A stretch of 64,000 bases of DNA from NCBI GenBank assembly GCA_002269645.1, contig NIVC01002506.1, positions 1 through 64,000 of the forward strand, in the 5' to 3' direction. Below are positions 20,434 through 30,637 of the stretch, piece after piece (the stretch's first letter is position 1; every line of letters begins with the position of its first letter). Origin of the DNA: Macrostomum lignano. Its lineage: Eukaryota. The position numbers were made by a program, and so were the translations under genes. The notes beneath the pieces are model-generated. The model made no database searches. It had not been told where the DNA came from and saw only the letters and a list, made by a program, of their open reading frames with translations.

Positions 20434-21031
20434 GTTGTTAAACGAGGGTGGGAAGCATTGCTACCCGCGGATCAGCCCGGGGTGGGCTCTGCCGCTGAGG
20501 GGCACTACCAGGGGCCAATGCATTAGCTGTCCAGGGTCCGAGATACCCGATGGATACAATGGGATTGGACCCGGCTCAAAGCGCGGGTGGGCGAGTTGAC
20601 CCAAGCCTACGGTACAAGACACCGCCAACCCAAACAGTGGAATCAGGGACGGTGCTAGGACCGAGTCCACCCAGGCTACCCCCCCCCAGCTAGCGAGTCT
20701 TTACCCCCCCCCCCCCCAGCTACCGAGTGAGGAGTTACTCCTAAACCTACGGAAATGGCTTGAACTATTGGAGCGAGTCTGGGCAGCTAATTACCAAGAG
20801 CGATCATATACAGCACTGGTCAACTGTAGGTCTCGAGCCTCAAGGCTTTTCACTACCCAGCTCTATTTTGGAGTGAGTCTAGAAGGCTTGTATCCGAGGT
20901 GGAGACTCCAGGCGGATATTGCTACACCTCTATTGCTGCAAACCCAAGGGCATCGCCTATCCAGCTCAATTATTGGGGGCCAGGCCAAGGGGTCGGGAGA
21001 AGGGGCACCCAAAGCAAGAGGACTCCGGACT
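20434..21031 (-). mobile_element. 598-bp non-coding retroposon (SINE-like or truncated LINE 3' end), 16-bp TSD, (AAC)n tail
   Basis: CAATCACTTTCTTGTT at both 20418-20433 and 21032-21047. The empty site is visible at 35378-35400. Minus strand ends ...GTTTAACAAC. Confidence 0.85.
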
Positions 21032-22910
21032 CAATCACTTTCTTGTTAGTGGCGTCAAACACTTGATCGCCATTCTGTGTCCTGCAATATTCATCATACT
21101 GAGACAAGTCAAACAACTCTTTTTGCTGCAGCATGTCCTGATAAATGTCTTCTGTTTGAATGTCCATAATAAAACTGTCTGTGTCAGTGTACAAGAGTTT
21201 CATTTTATCCTTGTACTGCTGCTTCATGCCATAGAAGAACTGGTACATCAGACGTTTTGATTCGTCGAGAACAGTGACACCTGTATAGATCGGCTTGCGC
21301 AGCGTCACATTGGTTTTGTAAAATATGATCACACCTAAGTAGCTATTAAAGATATGGAGTTCTTTGAATGTTGGCTTTGACATATTTGCCTGAATAATAG
21401 CAGGCTCTGATGAGGTAACAAGTTTCAGGTTTGTTCTTTTCCTCTCATTCTCAAGAGTCTTGCCATAGACGGAGTTGTTGGCTAACTTAAAGAGGTTCTT
21501 GTCAAAGTCGTTGGTTGCTTTGGTCCTAAACTGGGTGTTCTTATCAATGTAGGGTTTCATCCACGCTTCCTCTGTAAATGTAAGAGCCCGGTGAACTATG
21601 GTGACCCTGCAACCAAGTGAGATAAAATACTGAAGCAGTTTGTAATGGATTTTGTAACGTGTCTTGTTGTTTAGATTCTGTGTTAGTTTCTCTGTATGTT
21701 ATTTTTCTGTTCCTGACAGGTGCCAAGTTCCATTATTATCATTGGGAGTTTCGATTATTTTCGGGCACTTGATGTTCTCTGGGAAGGGTGGAAAGTCAGA
21801 GAAATAGTCGTGAAGCTCTGGTGGAATGTAAACATCAACCTCATAAATGGCAGCCAATGAAAAGTCCCGTTTGAATTCTGATGAGGGTAGCCATCGAAAA
21901 TCTCTAACTGGAAGATCTTGACTCATCGCCCACCCGTAGAGATTATTAGCGTCCAAATAAGTAATGTAGTTTGAGGGCTGCTCCTTATTGTAAGATCCAA
22001 TTTAGGGATTGTTTGCTTTTGCATACCTGTTAACGCAAATTGAGATTCCCCCTCGCTTTGACGATTCGACAAAATTGTACATGTCAATGTCTGTAAGAAG
22101 TTCAATGTACCAATCTGGATCTTGATCCCATTTCATTTTAAGCAAAGATTCCCAGCTAGTGGCAGGGAGAGACACATAATGTGCTGGATCGAGGCCATAT
22201 GCTGTGTACCAGGTGTATCTGAAGGTTTCAAACACATCGGCCAGCAGAAACACATCTGTGTAGACGTGAAGCAGGTGATACTGGAAGAAGTTTTGACAAT
22301 TAAAGTAATTATAGACATGCTTCGCGTGCTCATAGTCTTTGTCAGAGATTCCAGAGTCTGTTAGCTTTGAAAAGAACTTCTCCTGTGGTGGTAAACCATC
22401 TTCAAATACGTGATACGCAGTAATATTCTCATAGGGGTAGAAGCCTTTCTTTCTTAAAAGTTTTAATGATTCATTAGTGTTGTTAATTTTACTTGCAAAC
22501 ATCTTTGTACATGTACATTGTTCATCTTTTAGATTCTTGCTTAGTTCGTCTAGACTGGCAGCTAGAAATTGATATGAATCCTTCAGTCTTATTTTACCTT
22601 TACCTAAATTATCCTGTTTAATATCAACACACTTAAACTTCTCCTTGTTCTCTGCGATGCAATCAAGGTGTATGTCTGGAATCATGCCGATTTTTTCAAC
22701 TATTAAATGCATGTCATAGTTCTTTGCGTTGTGACAAAATATCGTTAGATCATGAATGTTCGATTTTAGCTTTAGATTACAGGTGTTATGCGCTGCACCT
22801 CTAAATTTCCCAGTAAAGTGGCAGTGGTCCCTAACGGTGGGGTTTTTAATATTAGTGCAAGTTAACTGTTTCCTGTAGATGTGGCAATGAGTTGCTGATA
22901 GGAAATTGCT

Positions 22911-25900
22911 GCTTCAGTCAACCTCTTGAAGCACACTGACCAATACGTGCCAGGGATTATCCTTATCCAGGAACCTTGGACGCTTAGGGGCAGCCCCCAA
23001 CATGTCCCCACCGGCTACCAGTGTTTAACCGCTGGTACCCGGGAGGGAAACCTGGCACCAAGATCCTGCATCATGGTGTCCAGTTCTATTAACGCATGGC
23101 TCAGATCGGACCTGTCCACCAGGGACATCTGTGTCATCCAGTCTGAAGACGTACTCCCTGGGAGGACTACCCTCATCGCCTCGGTTTACCTACCGGGCGA
23201 CGGCGAGATGATCCCAGTAGAGCTTGTCACACTGGTCGAGCTCTGCTCCACCAGAAACTATGAGCTGCTCGTGGCAGGTGACATCAATGCCCACCACACC
23301 CACTGGGGCAGTTCTGATATAAACCAGAGAGGTGAAGACTTCCTGGCTTATATTGCTACTACAACCCTTGAGTTCTGTAACTCGGGTAGTACCCCTACCT
23401 TCAATAACGGACGCCGATCGGAGGTGCTGGATGCCACCCTCGCCACGCCCAGGCTCTTCCGGAGCACTAGGGAGTGGCGGGTGCTTCCTGAGGCGTCCCT
23501 CTCCGATCACAAGTTCATCTCTTTCACGCTGGCCAGCGCCCGAAACGCAGGCCAGCTTTACTGGAAACGGAATGCTAGGAATACCGACTGGACCGCCTTC
23601 AGGCTTGCCCTGGAGGAGACCTATCGTTGCACTAGCACTCCAGTCTCCATCAACACCTGCGAAGAAGCAGATGAATTTGCGGCCGCACTTACGGACTCGC
23701 TCACTGCTGCCTTCGAAGCCTCATGCCCACTAAAGGCATATAAAGGCAAACAGTCGGCCCCATGGTGGAACCCGCAGCTTGGCGACCTCCGTCGCAGAGC
23801 CAAAAGGCTTCACCGCAGGGCCCAAAAAACTAAAAACCCGGCCGATCAAACCGCCTACCTGAACTCTATCCACGAGTTCAAGAGGCAGGTTAGGAACGCC
23901 AAAACCAACAAGTGGCGCGAATACTGTGAGGAACTTGAGGGCTCCCGCCCCACCTCCAGAATCGTTAAAGCCCTCACCCTGGACAAAATGTCCAAACTCT
24001 CCTCAGTCAAGAGAGCCGACGGCTCGCTCACTGAGAACCCAGGAGAAACACTGGAAGCGATGCTAACAGCGTTTTTCCCGAACGAGCCAGCCAGGCCCGA
24101 CCCCCCTGACCACTCAGTGGGCGGACACGTACTGGCTGACTCAATCATCACGGAGGACCGCGTTACTAAAGCTGTCTCCTCCTTCAAACCCTTCAAATCC
24201 CCAGGACCGGACGGCGTTGTGCCAGCCTTCCTGCGGGAGGCGGTGAAATGCACCGGTTTCCTGCGGAACTTTTGTCGGCTTCTGAAAGCTTGCATTGTGC
24301 TCGGCTTTGTTCCGAAATCCTGGACCGAGGCCAAGGTGGTCTTTATCCCCAAGCCTGGCCGACCGGACTACCGGTCCATTAAATCCTTCAGACCAATTAG
24401 CCTCACCTCCACATTTGTGAAGCTGTTAGAGAGACTGGTGCTCTGGCGCCTCCTCTCTGTGGAACTGAAGAACAAGCCGCTCAGTGAGAACCAGCATGCC
24501 TTTCAGGCAGGCAGGTCCACGGAGAGCGCGCTTCACGTTCTGGTTGACATGCTGGAGAAAGCCGTTCTTGGTAATGGCTACGCTCTCGCTGTCTTCCTCG
24601 ACATTGTTGGAGCCTTTGATAGTGTCCTCTTTGAGGCTTTTGACAGAGCTCTACGTGCTAGAGGAACCCACTCGCACCTCACCCGGTGGATCATGTATAT
24701 GATCAGCCACCGTACTGCCACCGCACACCTGTTGGGCCACCAACGGACGGTAACCGTCTGCAAAGGCAGCTCCCAGGGCGGTGTCCTCTCTCCAGTTCTC
24801 TGGAACATGGTCATCGATGAGCTCCTCCAGGACAGCCATCTTGACCCCATCCTCAAGGTCGGTTACGCCGATGATGTCACTGCCGTGGCATCCGGACCGT
24901 CACCTGAAACCCTTAGAGATCTTTTGCAAAACTTCATTCGCTCTGCTGAACGTTGGGCGGACAGGTGCGGCCTCAGGCTCTCCGAGACCAAAACTGTCGC
25001 GATCATGTTCACCAGCAGGGTAAACTGGCGTATTCGCCCACTAAAGCTTTACGGGGTGGAAATTCCATCCTGCAAGCAAACCAAGTGTCTCGGCGTTACG
25101 CTGGACCACCGGCTGAGCTGGTCCACCCACGTCCAGGCCAAAACCAAAAAAGCCCTCGCGATTCTTGCGCAGCTGCGCAGAGCCGTCGGCACCACCTGGG
25201 GCCTCACCCCAAAGCGTCTCTGGTGGATCTATACCGCAATGGTCCGACCGGCCGTTACTTACGCCGGCCTGGTCTGGACCAGCGCCTTGCAGATTAAAAC
25301 CTGCCACGAAGCCCTCAAAAAGGTGCAGGGACGTGCGTGCCGCATGATCCTGAATGCCCCGCTCTCTGCTCCCTTTGACGGCCTCAACGCCTTTCTCTGC
25401 CTCCCGCCTCTGGACATCTTTGTCCGTCGCGAGGCTGCTAAAACCACCCACCGGCTCATCGAGGCTGGTGTTAGCTTCAAGCCACAAAGAGCGATGGCGA
25501 AGCGCAAGCTCCTGCCGCACTCTGACCTGTGCCTTAAAGTTCTGGAGGAGAGTGGGAGTGCGGCTGTCCTTTCGGACGCTGAACCGCGCTCCCTCAATCT
25601 CTACCAACGCTTCAAGGTCACGATCCCCTCCAGGGAGAACGCCAACGACAGCTGGGCCCCTCAGGAGGTTCACTGCTTCACTGACGGATCCTCCAAAGAC
25701 GGTTTATCCGGCTTTGGAGTCTGTATCCTTATCAACGGCCGCGTGATTGCTACTCACGCCCAACACACTGGCAGACTCTCCAGCGTCTTCCAGAATGAAG
25801 TCCTTGCCATCAGCTCTTGTGCAGCTGAGCTCCACCGCAAGGACTTCAAGGACAGAAGAATCTTCTTCCACTCTGACAGCCAGGCCGCTTTACAGGCCCT

Positions 25901-26667
25901 GTGTCACACCACTACGAACTCCCGAACAGTCCGCGACTGTATCGGGCAGCTCAACAAGCTGGCTCGGAGGAACACCGTCCGGCTCACGTGGATCCCAGGA
26001 CACGCCGGCTTCAAAGGTAACGAGCTCGCCGACTCCCTCGCTAAGGCGGGCTGTTCCGGCTCGCCCCTTGGCCCCGTGCCCCTGGCCCCCATCCCCGCCA
26101 CAGTCATTAATCGTCAGATTAACGACTGGGCGGACATCCTGCACTTGCGCAGATGGGATGGTATCTCCAACTGCCGCCAATCTCGTGCGGCAGTGCCCAA
26201 TCCGTCCCTCAAGCTGCGGAGAATCCTTTTGAATCAAAATCGAAAAGATATCCGCGCTCTCACTATGACCTTCACAGGTCACGGTTGCTTTGCCAGGCAC
26301 TGCTTCCTCCGATGTGTTCGCCGGAGTGAACTCTGCCCCTTCTGCAGCCTCGAGAATGAAGATGCCATGCACTTCGTCTGCTACTGCCCGGCCTTCAACC
26401 AAGACCGGCTCAACCACCTCGGGCCCAACCCGTCCCTGGACGACGTTTGCCGGCCCGAGAACATCCCACGGCTCATCCGGTTCCTCCGGGCCACCAAGCG
26501 AGCCTCCGTCTTCCCCACCGAAGACAACGCTGCAGACAGGACCGGCAGACCTCCCTGACCGGCCCCGCGCCCTAGCCTATGCGGGTCTTTCAGGGATTAG
26601 CGGAATGGGCGACGCTCGCCTCCCCGCTGCGTCTTCGGACCGCCCTGCAGCTAAGTCAAGTAAGTCA
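22911..26667 (+). mobile_element. LOA/Lian-like non-LTR retrotransposon 2, 5'-truncated just inside ORF2
   Basis: Interrupts polB. Same domain order and conserved 3' end as element 1, with tail TAAGTCAAGTAAGTC. Confidence 0.93.
22926..26558 (+). CDS. ORF2 of element 2 (APE-RT-RNase H-CCHC), 1210 aa uninterrupted but lacking native ATG
   Basis: IQEP, GDINAHH, SDH. PGPDG, LDIVGAFD, SQGGVLSP, GYADD. FTDGS, WIPGH, GNELAD. CPFC...H...C. Confidence 0.93.
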   Translation: MKHTDQYVPGIILIQEPWTLRGSPQHVPTGYQCLTAGTREGNLAPRSCIMVSSSINAWLRSDLSTRDICVIQSEDVLPGRTTLIASVYLPGDGEMIPVELVTLVELCSTRNYELLVAGDINAHHTHWGSSDINQRGEDFLAYIATTTLEFCNSGSTPTFNNGRRSEVLDATLATPRLFRSTREWRVLPEASLSDHKFISFTLASARNAGQLYWKRNARNTDWTAFRLALEETYRCTSTPVSINTCEEADEFAAALTDSLTAAFEASCPLKAYKGKQSAPWWNPQLGDLRRRAKRLHRRAQKTKNPADQTAYLNSIHEFKRQVRNAKTNKWREYCEELEGSRPTSRIVKALTLDKMSKLSSVKRADGSLTENPGETLEAMLTAFFPNEPARPDPPDHSVGGHVLADSIITEDRVTKAVSSFKPFKSPGPDGVVPAFLREAVKCTGFLRNFCRLLKACIVLGFVPKSWTEAKVVFIPKPGRPDYRSIKSFRPISLTSTFVKLLERLVLWRLLSVELKNKPLSENQHAFQAGRSTESALHVLVDMLEKAVLGNGYALAVFLDIVGAFDSVLFEAFDRALRARGTHSHLTRWIMYMISHRTATAHLLGHQRTVTVCKGSSQGGVLSPVLWNMVIDELLQDSHLDPILKVGYADDVTAVASGPSPETLRDLLQNFIRSAERWADRCGLRLSETKTVAIMFTSRVNWRIRPLKLYGVEIPSCKQTKCLGVTLDHRLSWSTHVQAKTKKALAILAQLRRAVGTTWGLTPKRLWWIYTAMVRPAVTYAGLVWTSALQIKTCHEALKKVQGRACRMILNAPLSAPFDGLNAFLCLPPLDIFVRREAAKTTHRLIEAGVSFKPQRAMAKRKLLPHSDLCLKVLEESGSAAVLSDAEPRSLNLYQRFKVTIPSRENANDSWAPQEVHCFTDGSSKDGLSGFGVCILINGRVIATHAQHTGRLSSVFQNEVLAISSCAAELHRKDFKDRRIFFHSDSQAALQALCHTTTNSRTVRDCIGQLNKLARRNTVRLTWIPGHAGFKGNELADSLAKAGCSGSPLGPVPLAPIPATVINRQINDWADILHLRRWDGISNCRQSRAAVPNPSLKLRRILLNQNRKDIRALTMTFTGHGCFARHCFLRCVRRSELCPFCSLENEDAMHFVCYCPAFNQDRLNHLGPNPSLDDVCRPENIPRLIRFLRATKRASVFPTEDNAADRTGRPP

Positions 26668-28470
26668 AGGTGTTATGCGCTGCACCTCTAAACTTCCCAG
26701 TAAAGTGGCAGTAGTCCCTAACGGTGGGGTTTTTAATATTAAAAAAGTGCAAGTTAACTGTTTCCTGCAGATGTGACAATGAGTTGCTGATAGGAAATTG
26801 CTTTCATCCTCCTCAGACATCATTATTGGAACAGGTTGAAGGGTGCTAATCACTTTTTGCAACTCTAACATTCTGGAAATAAACTGCTCCACACACTGCT
26901 CTCCAAAGAAATAATTATACTCAACAAGTCCTTTTGTATTAATAAAGGCATATGCTACTGAATTGGGGATATGTTTTTGAGTTGGAGTTTGTTTTTGAGT
27001 TTCTGGCATGATTGAGCATTCGAAATCAGCATATACAACAAATGGGAGCTTCTCCATCTTGTGATAGTTCTTAAACCGGAGATACTTCTCTTCAGCTGAA
27101 GGAAGAGAGCAGTTGGTCGGGTGATCCTCGCATGATACTTCATGTTCTGCTAGTTTTTCAAAGCGTTCAGGTCCACTGTAATGTTTAAGGCACAAGCGGC
27201 AGATGGCAACAGCCTCGTGATGATTATTCAACTGCTTGTGAATGAGTCTTGAAAGATCTTTAATCCAAACATAGTGAGCCTCCTCTAGTAAATTACCAAT
27301 CACTAGAAGATCCACTTCAATCCGCCTTTTCCCCTCAGGATCTAAAACGTCTTTTCTACATCTGACCGGTTGAACTTTCTCAGTTTTTTCACTCCACTCA
27401 AAGACTGTGATTCTAATTTTGTTATTAAACACTTCTTCTAGCTTTGGGATCTGAGAGATCGCCAAGCCTCCTTTGTCAAACCTGATTCCCTTCTTTTCGC
27501 ATTCGATGAGATAGTAGTTAAAATAGTTTTGATAATTTGAGGTTCTTTCAGGGTGGTGAGGTACCCTATCATAAAAAAGTGCAGAAAGAACTGCCCATAG
27601 AGCACAGCAATTGTCTTTATTTTTAACATTTATGCAAGCTTTTTTGCCGGCTAGCTTATGCTGGAGCTCTATATAAGAGGAGGCTTTAAGTGGGTCATAT
27701 TTCATGACCATGACAGTCGCTCTTTGAATCCCTCCTACGACCCATCCGGAACCTCTGGATGTAAACGCTTCAATTTTCTTATTGACATCTTGAAGGAAAG
27801 GATCCAGTGTGTCTGTAGGGGTGAATGGCTTTGCCTTTGTTGTCATATAATATTCGAGATGCTCAGTGGGTTTTGCAGGCATATAAAACGCAATCTTGAA
27901 TGATATCTGTAGTTTAAAGGTCTTGCGTGTTTTGAGTGTGTGATCAACAACTGATTGGATGCTGTCTTTATAGTCGTAGATGTTTGCGGTAGTGCCGTTG
28001 GTGTCGTTAATTTGGTTGGTGCCGTTTATTGGGATTGTGTACTCTATGTAATGTTCTGTAAACTTCCTCTGTGCAAAATTAATCTCTTCAATGGCAAGCT
28101 CCGACTCTTTTAAATGGATTAATTGCTCTAATTTCCCTTGTTCCTGCTTATTTTGTGGGTACTTTGCTTTTTCACCAGTGAGAGTTTCGTATTTGTTAAC
28201 TAAGTTGCGACTCCTCTCTTGGTGTTCCTTTGCAGAATTTTTTATAGGCGCATACTGGTTGAATTCTAATTGATTGATGATTTCCAACTGTTTTTCATAG
28301 CTTCCCAGGTGACCAGGGTCGGTGTTAAACTTTTGTTTACATGCTTCTCTTAGTAAATTACTTTTGTCTTGAAATGAGACGCCTTTTGAAAAATATTTGT
28401 TGACCAAATCTTTTGCTGGATTGGCTTTTGGCATCTTTTTTCTCTAAAATAAAAAAATTTTTGAGGGTGA

Positions 28471-28834
28471 AGTAGAAGGCATGAGGGGGCTTTTGGGACA
28501 AAATTTTTCACGTCCTCCATAATCCCATTAAATCAATCTATATTATCCCTGACAGAATCAGAAAAAAGGGGGGTCGCACTCGCTCACAAAACATCCTCCA
28601 TAATCCCATTAAATCCATCCATATTATCCCTGACAGAATCAGAGCATAAGAGGTGTCCTACTGTTATGCTCTGAGGGTTTATGCTCTGAGCATAACAGCT
28701 CCAAATCCACCCATAGCATCTTTGAAACAATCAGAAAATAATCTGCATTCTTCTCCCCACATTCAATCCGCAACGTGCTACCAGATCCCTAAGACTTTGA
28801 AGCATCAGCGCAAGGTCCTTACCCATTGAAAAAA
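28471..28834 (+). repeat. Left terminal inverted repeat of A3 with ~81-bp subterminal units
   Basis: Inverted match to 12790-13230. Confidence 0.88.
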
Positions 28835-28982
28835 TATAAATAATTTTATTATTCATTAGTAAGAAATATATATTTATTAACGGTTGCACAGCTGATAGGA
28901 TTTGTATCAACTATTACAAGATTATCAAAAATGGTAGAAAAAACAGACACTATGTAGGATCTGCGTTAGAATTCTTTAACAA

Positions 28983-29404
28983 CATACAGAGCCAGCCTAG
29001 CGTTTTTTTGAGCCAGCAGCTAGATTCTCTAACGCCGTTAGAATTTTCTATGTGAAAATTTGGTGTGCCCAAGCTTATCATGCGAGAAGTTTTTCACATA
29101 GAAAATTCTAACGGCGTTAGAAAATTTCTACTTCCCTCTATTTAACCATACAGAGCCAGCCTAGCGTTCCTTTGAGCCAGCAGCTAGATTCTCTAACGCC
29201 GTTAGAATTTTCTATGTGAAAATTTGGTGTGCCCAAGCTTATCTTGCGGGAAACTTTTCACATAGAAATTTCTAACAGCGTTAGAATTTAAAACCCACCG
29301 ACTGAGTTGCACACAGTACTGAGAAAATTGCTACCCTCCTCTACTTAATCAATCGGCTGTCTCCAGTTGTTGAATCTTCTTTTTGAAATTCTAACGCGTT
29401 AGAA
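28983..29404. repeat. Tandem 164-bp units each with a 31-bp inverted repeat, plus 16-bp palindrome
   Basis: 29028-29058 is the exact reverse complement of 29091-29121. The second unit spans 29192-29285. TTCTAACGCGTTAGAA at 29389-29404. Confidence 0.9.
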
Positions 29405-29431
29405 AAATTCTAAATGAACTGAATTTAAAAA

Positions 29432-30109
29432 TTACACAACTTTCCACGCAGGATCACTGGCCAAAATTTCTTCTAGAAACTTCATCTTAGAGTTTAGTTC
29501 CCTAATTGACATTGACACCTGTCTCAAGCCTGGGTAGGTAACAGACAGTTTGTACAGACGAATGTACAAATAGCCAGTTGATTCCTGGATGTTTACATTT
29601 TTACACAAATAGGCGAACCGCACTTTAACATCTTGTCCAAAGTTCTCGGTGCGATAAGTTTTTAGCAGCCGCCCAACTTCGAGAATCCAATGTAGACCTC
29701 CAATTTGAGTCTTCTTGTATTTTGCTAGAGCCGCCTTCACCCTAGTGATGATGTTCTGCTCGCCAGATGGAAGCTGGTGATCAACAGCGTCCATCAGCTG
29801 ATCAGCTAGTGTTACGCGGGATGCGTACAACTTCTCCCTGAATATCTGCAGATCCGCCATCTTCTTCTGCAGAGCCGCCGCCTTCTTCTCTTCGCTACTC
29901 ACATTTTGCGCTTCATTCGCTGCGGCGATTTCATCAGGGGCCATGGCGAAAAACTCGATTGGTAGGTCGCCAGTTTCTAGACCGAAAAAGGTGGTTAGTT
30001 CCTCTCTTCTTCTTGCTTGAAGATGTGACGGAATATCCTGTAAAACTCTTTGTAGCATGGCACAAAGGCCTTGCTTATCTGTCAAATGAAGATTCCACTC
30101 GACTTCCAT
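29432..30109 (-). CDS. Hypothetical helical protein (225 aa) in the A3 left arm
   Basis: Long intact ORF with AAAATG context and normal amino-acid composition. No confident family. Confidence 0.65.
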   Translation of the reverse strand: MEVEWNLHLTDKQGLCAMLQRVLQDIPSHLQARRREELTTFFGLETGDLPIEFFAMAPDEIAAANEAQNVSSEEKKAAALQKKMADLQIFREKLYASRVTLADQLMDAVDHQLPSGEQNIITRVKAALAKYKKTQIGGLHWILEVGRLLKTYRTENFGQDVKVRFAYLCKNVNIQESTGYLYIRLYKLSVTYPGLRQVSMSIRELNSKMKFLEEILASDPAWKVV

Positions 30110-30637
30110 TTTCTAAATCTTCTTGTCTTCTGATCTTCTAGTTTGGCGGACAATTTCTTAGATCACTTTCAGCGTGCTTCAGTTCCTGCAGTCGTCAATT
30201 CTCAGTCGCAGTTGATGGCATATGCGGGGAGAATCAACCCGAGTGTTTCTGCATTTGCTTAAATACAGCTATACAGCTAGAAAATTCCAGAAAATTCTTA
30301 GACTGTACAATCTTGAAGTCAAGCAACGAAAAAATAATCGATATAGCTCAGTGAACGATAGAACATGAGGCGTGTGAATGTGAGGGTGCTTTAACTAGCT
30401 TCCGAGCGATTGATTCCCTCCACCCGTTTGAAGTCCCCATACATTTCCTTGGTTGATTGGGTTTGTCAAAGCGGAAAGGAAAGCACGCGTGGAACTTGTA
30501 CATTCGCAAAATCGATTAGAGGGCTGCGCTCCCTCAGCAAATAGCAGTTACCCCACCCTCCTTCTGCTTCTTAACTTTTCAAAATGCAGCTGTTGCGCTT
30601 GGTTAGGGCTGAGAATAATAGTTAAACCCTTCCCGAC

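Larger units (their letters stand above)
20060..28434 (-). pseudogene. polB: pPolB copy 2, interrupted at 20434-21031 and 22911-26667
   Basis: Segments near-identical to A1 polB (ORFs 26665-28434, 22002-22712, 20970-21560 and 20060-20293). Confidence 0.93.
13231..28470. mobile_element. Family A internal fragment A2 (ATPase, coiled-coil, membrane, protease, polB) with three retroposon insertions
   Basis: Colinear inverted copy of A1 1800-8470, truncated at both ends by family A termini. Confidence 0.88.

Noticed and set aside
26590-26660. HDV-like ribozyme in the LOA 3' UTR (CCTCCCCG and GCTAA resemble core motifs)
   Set aside because: I could not build P1/P2/P3 pairings in both elements, and such ribozymes are normally at 5' ends. 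An Infernal/RNArobo scan would settle it.
15402-26691. Many alternative-frame and antisense ORFs within the LOA-like elements
   Set aside because: Expected shadows of GC-rich coding sequence with no independent motifs.
28855-29056. GIY-YIG-like fragment (YYKIIKNGRKNRHYVGSA)
   Set aside because: No start codon, no downstream Arg/Glu motifs, and the frame runs into the palindromic repeat.
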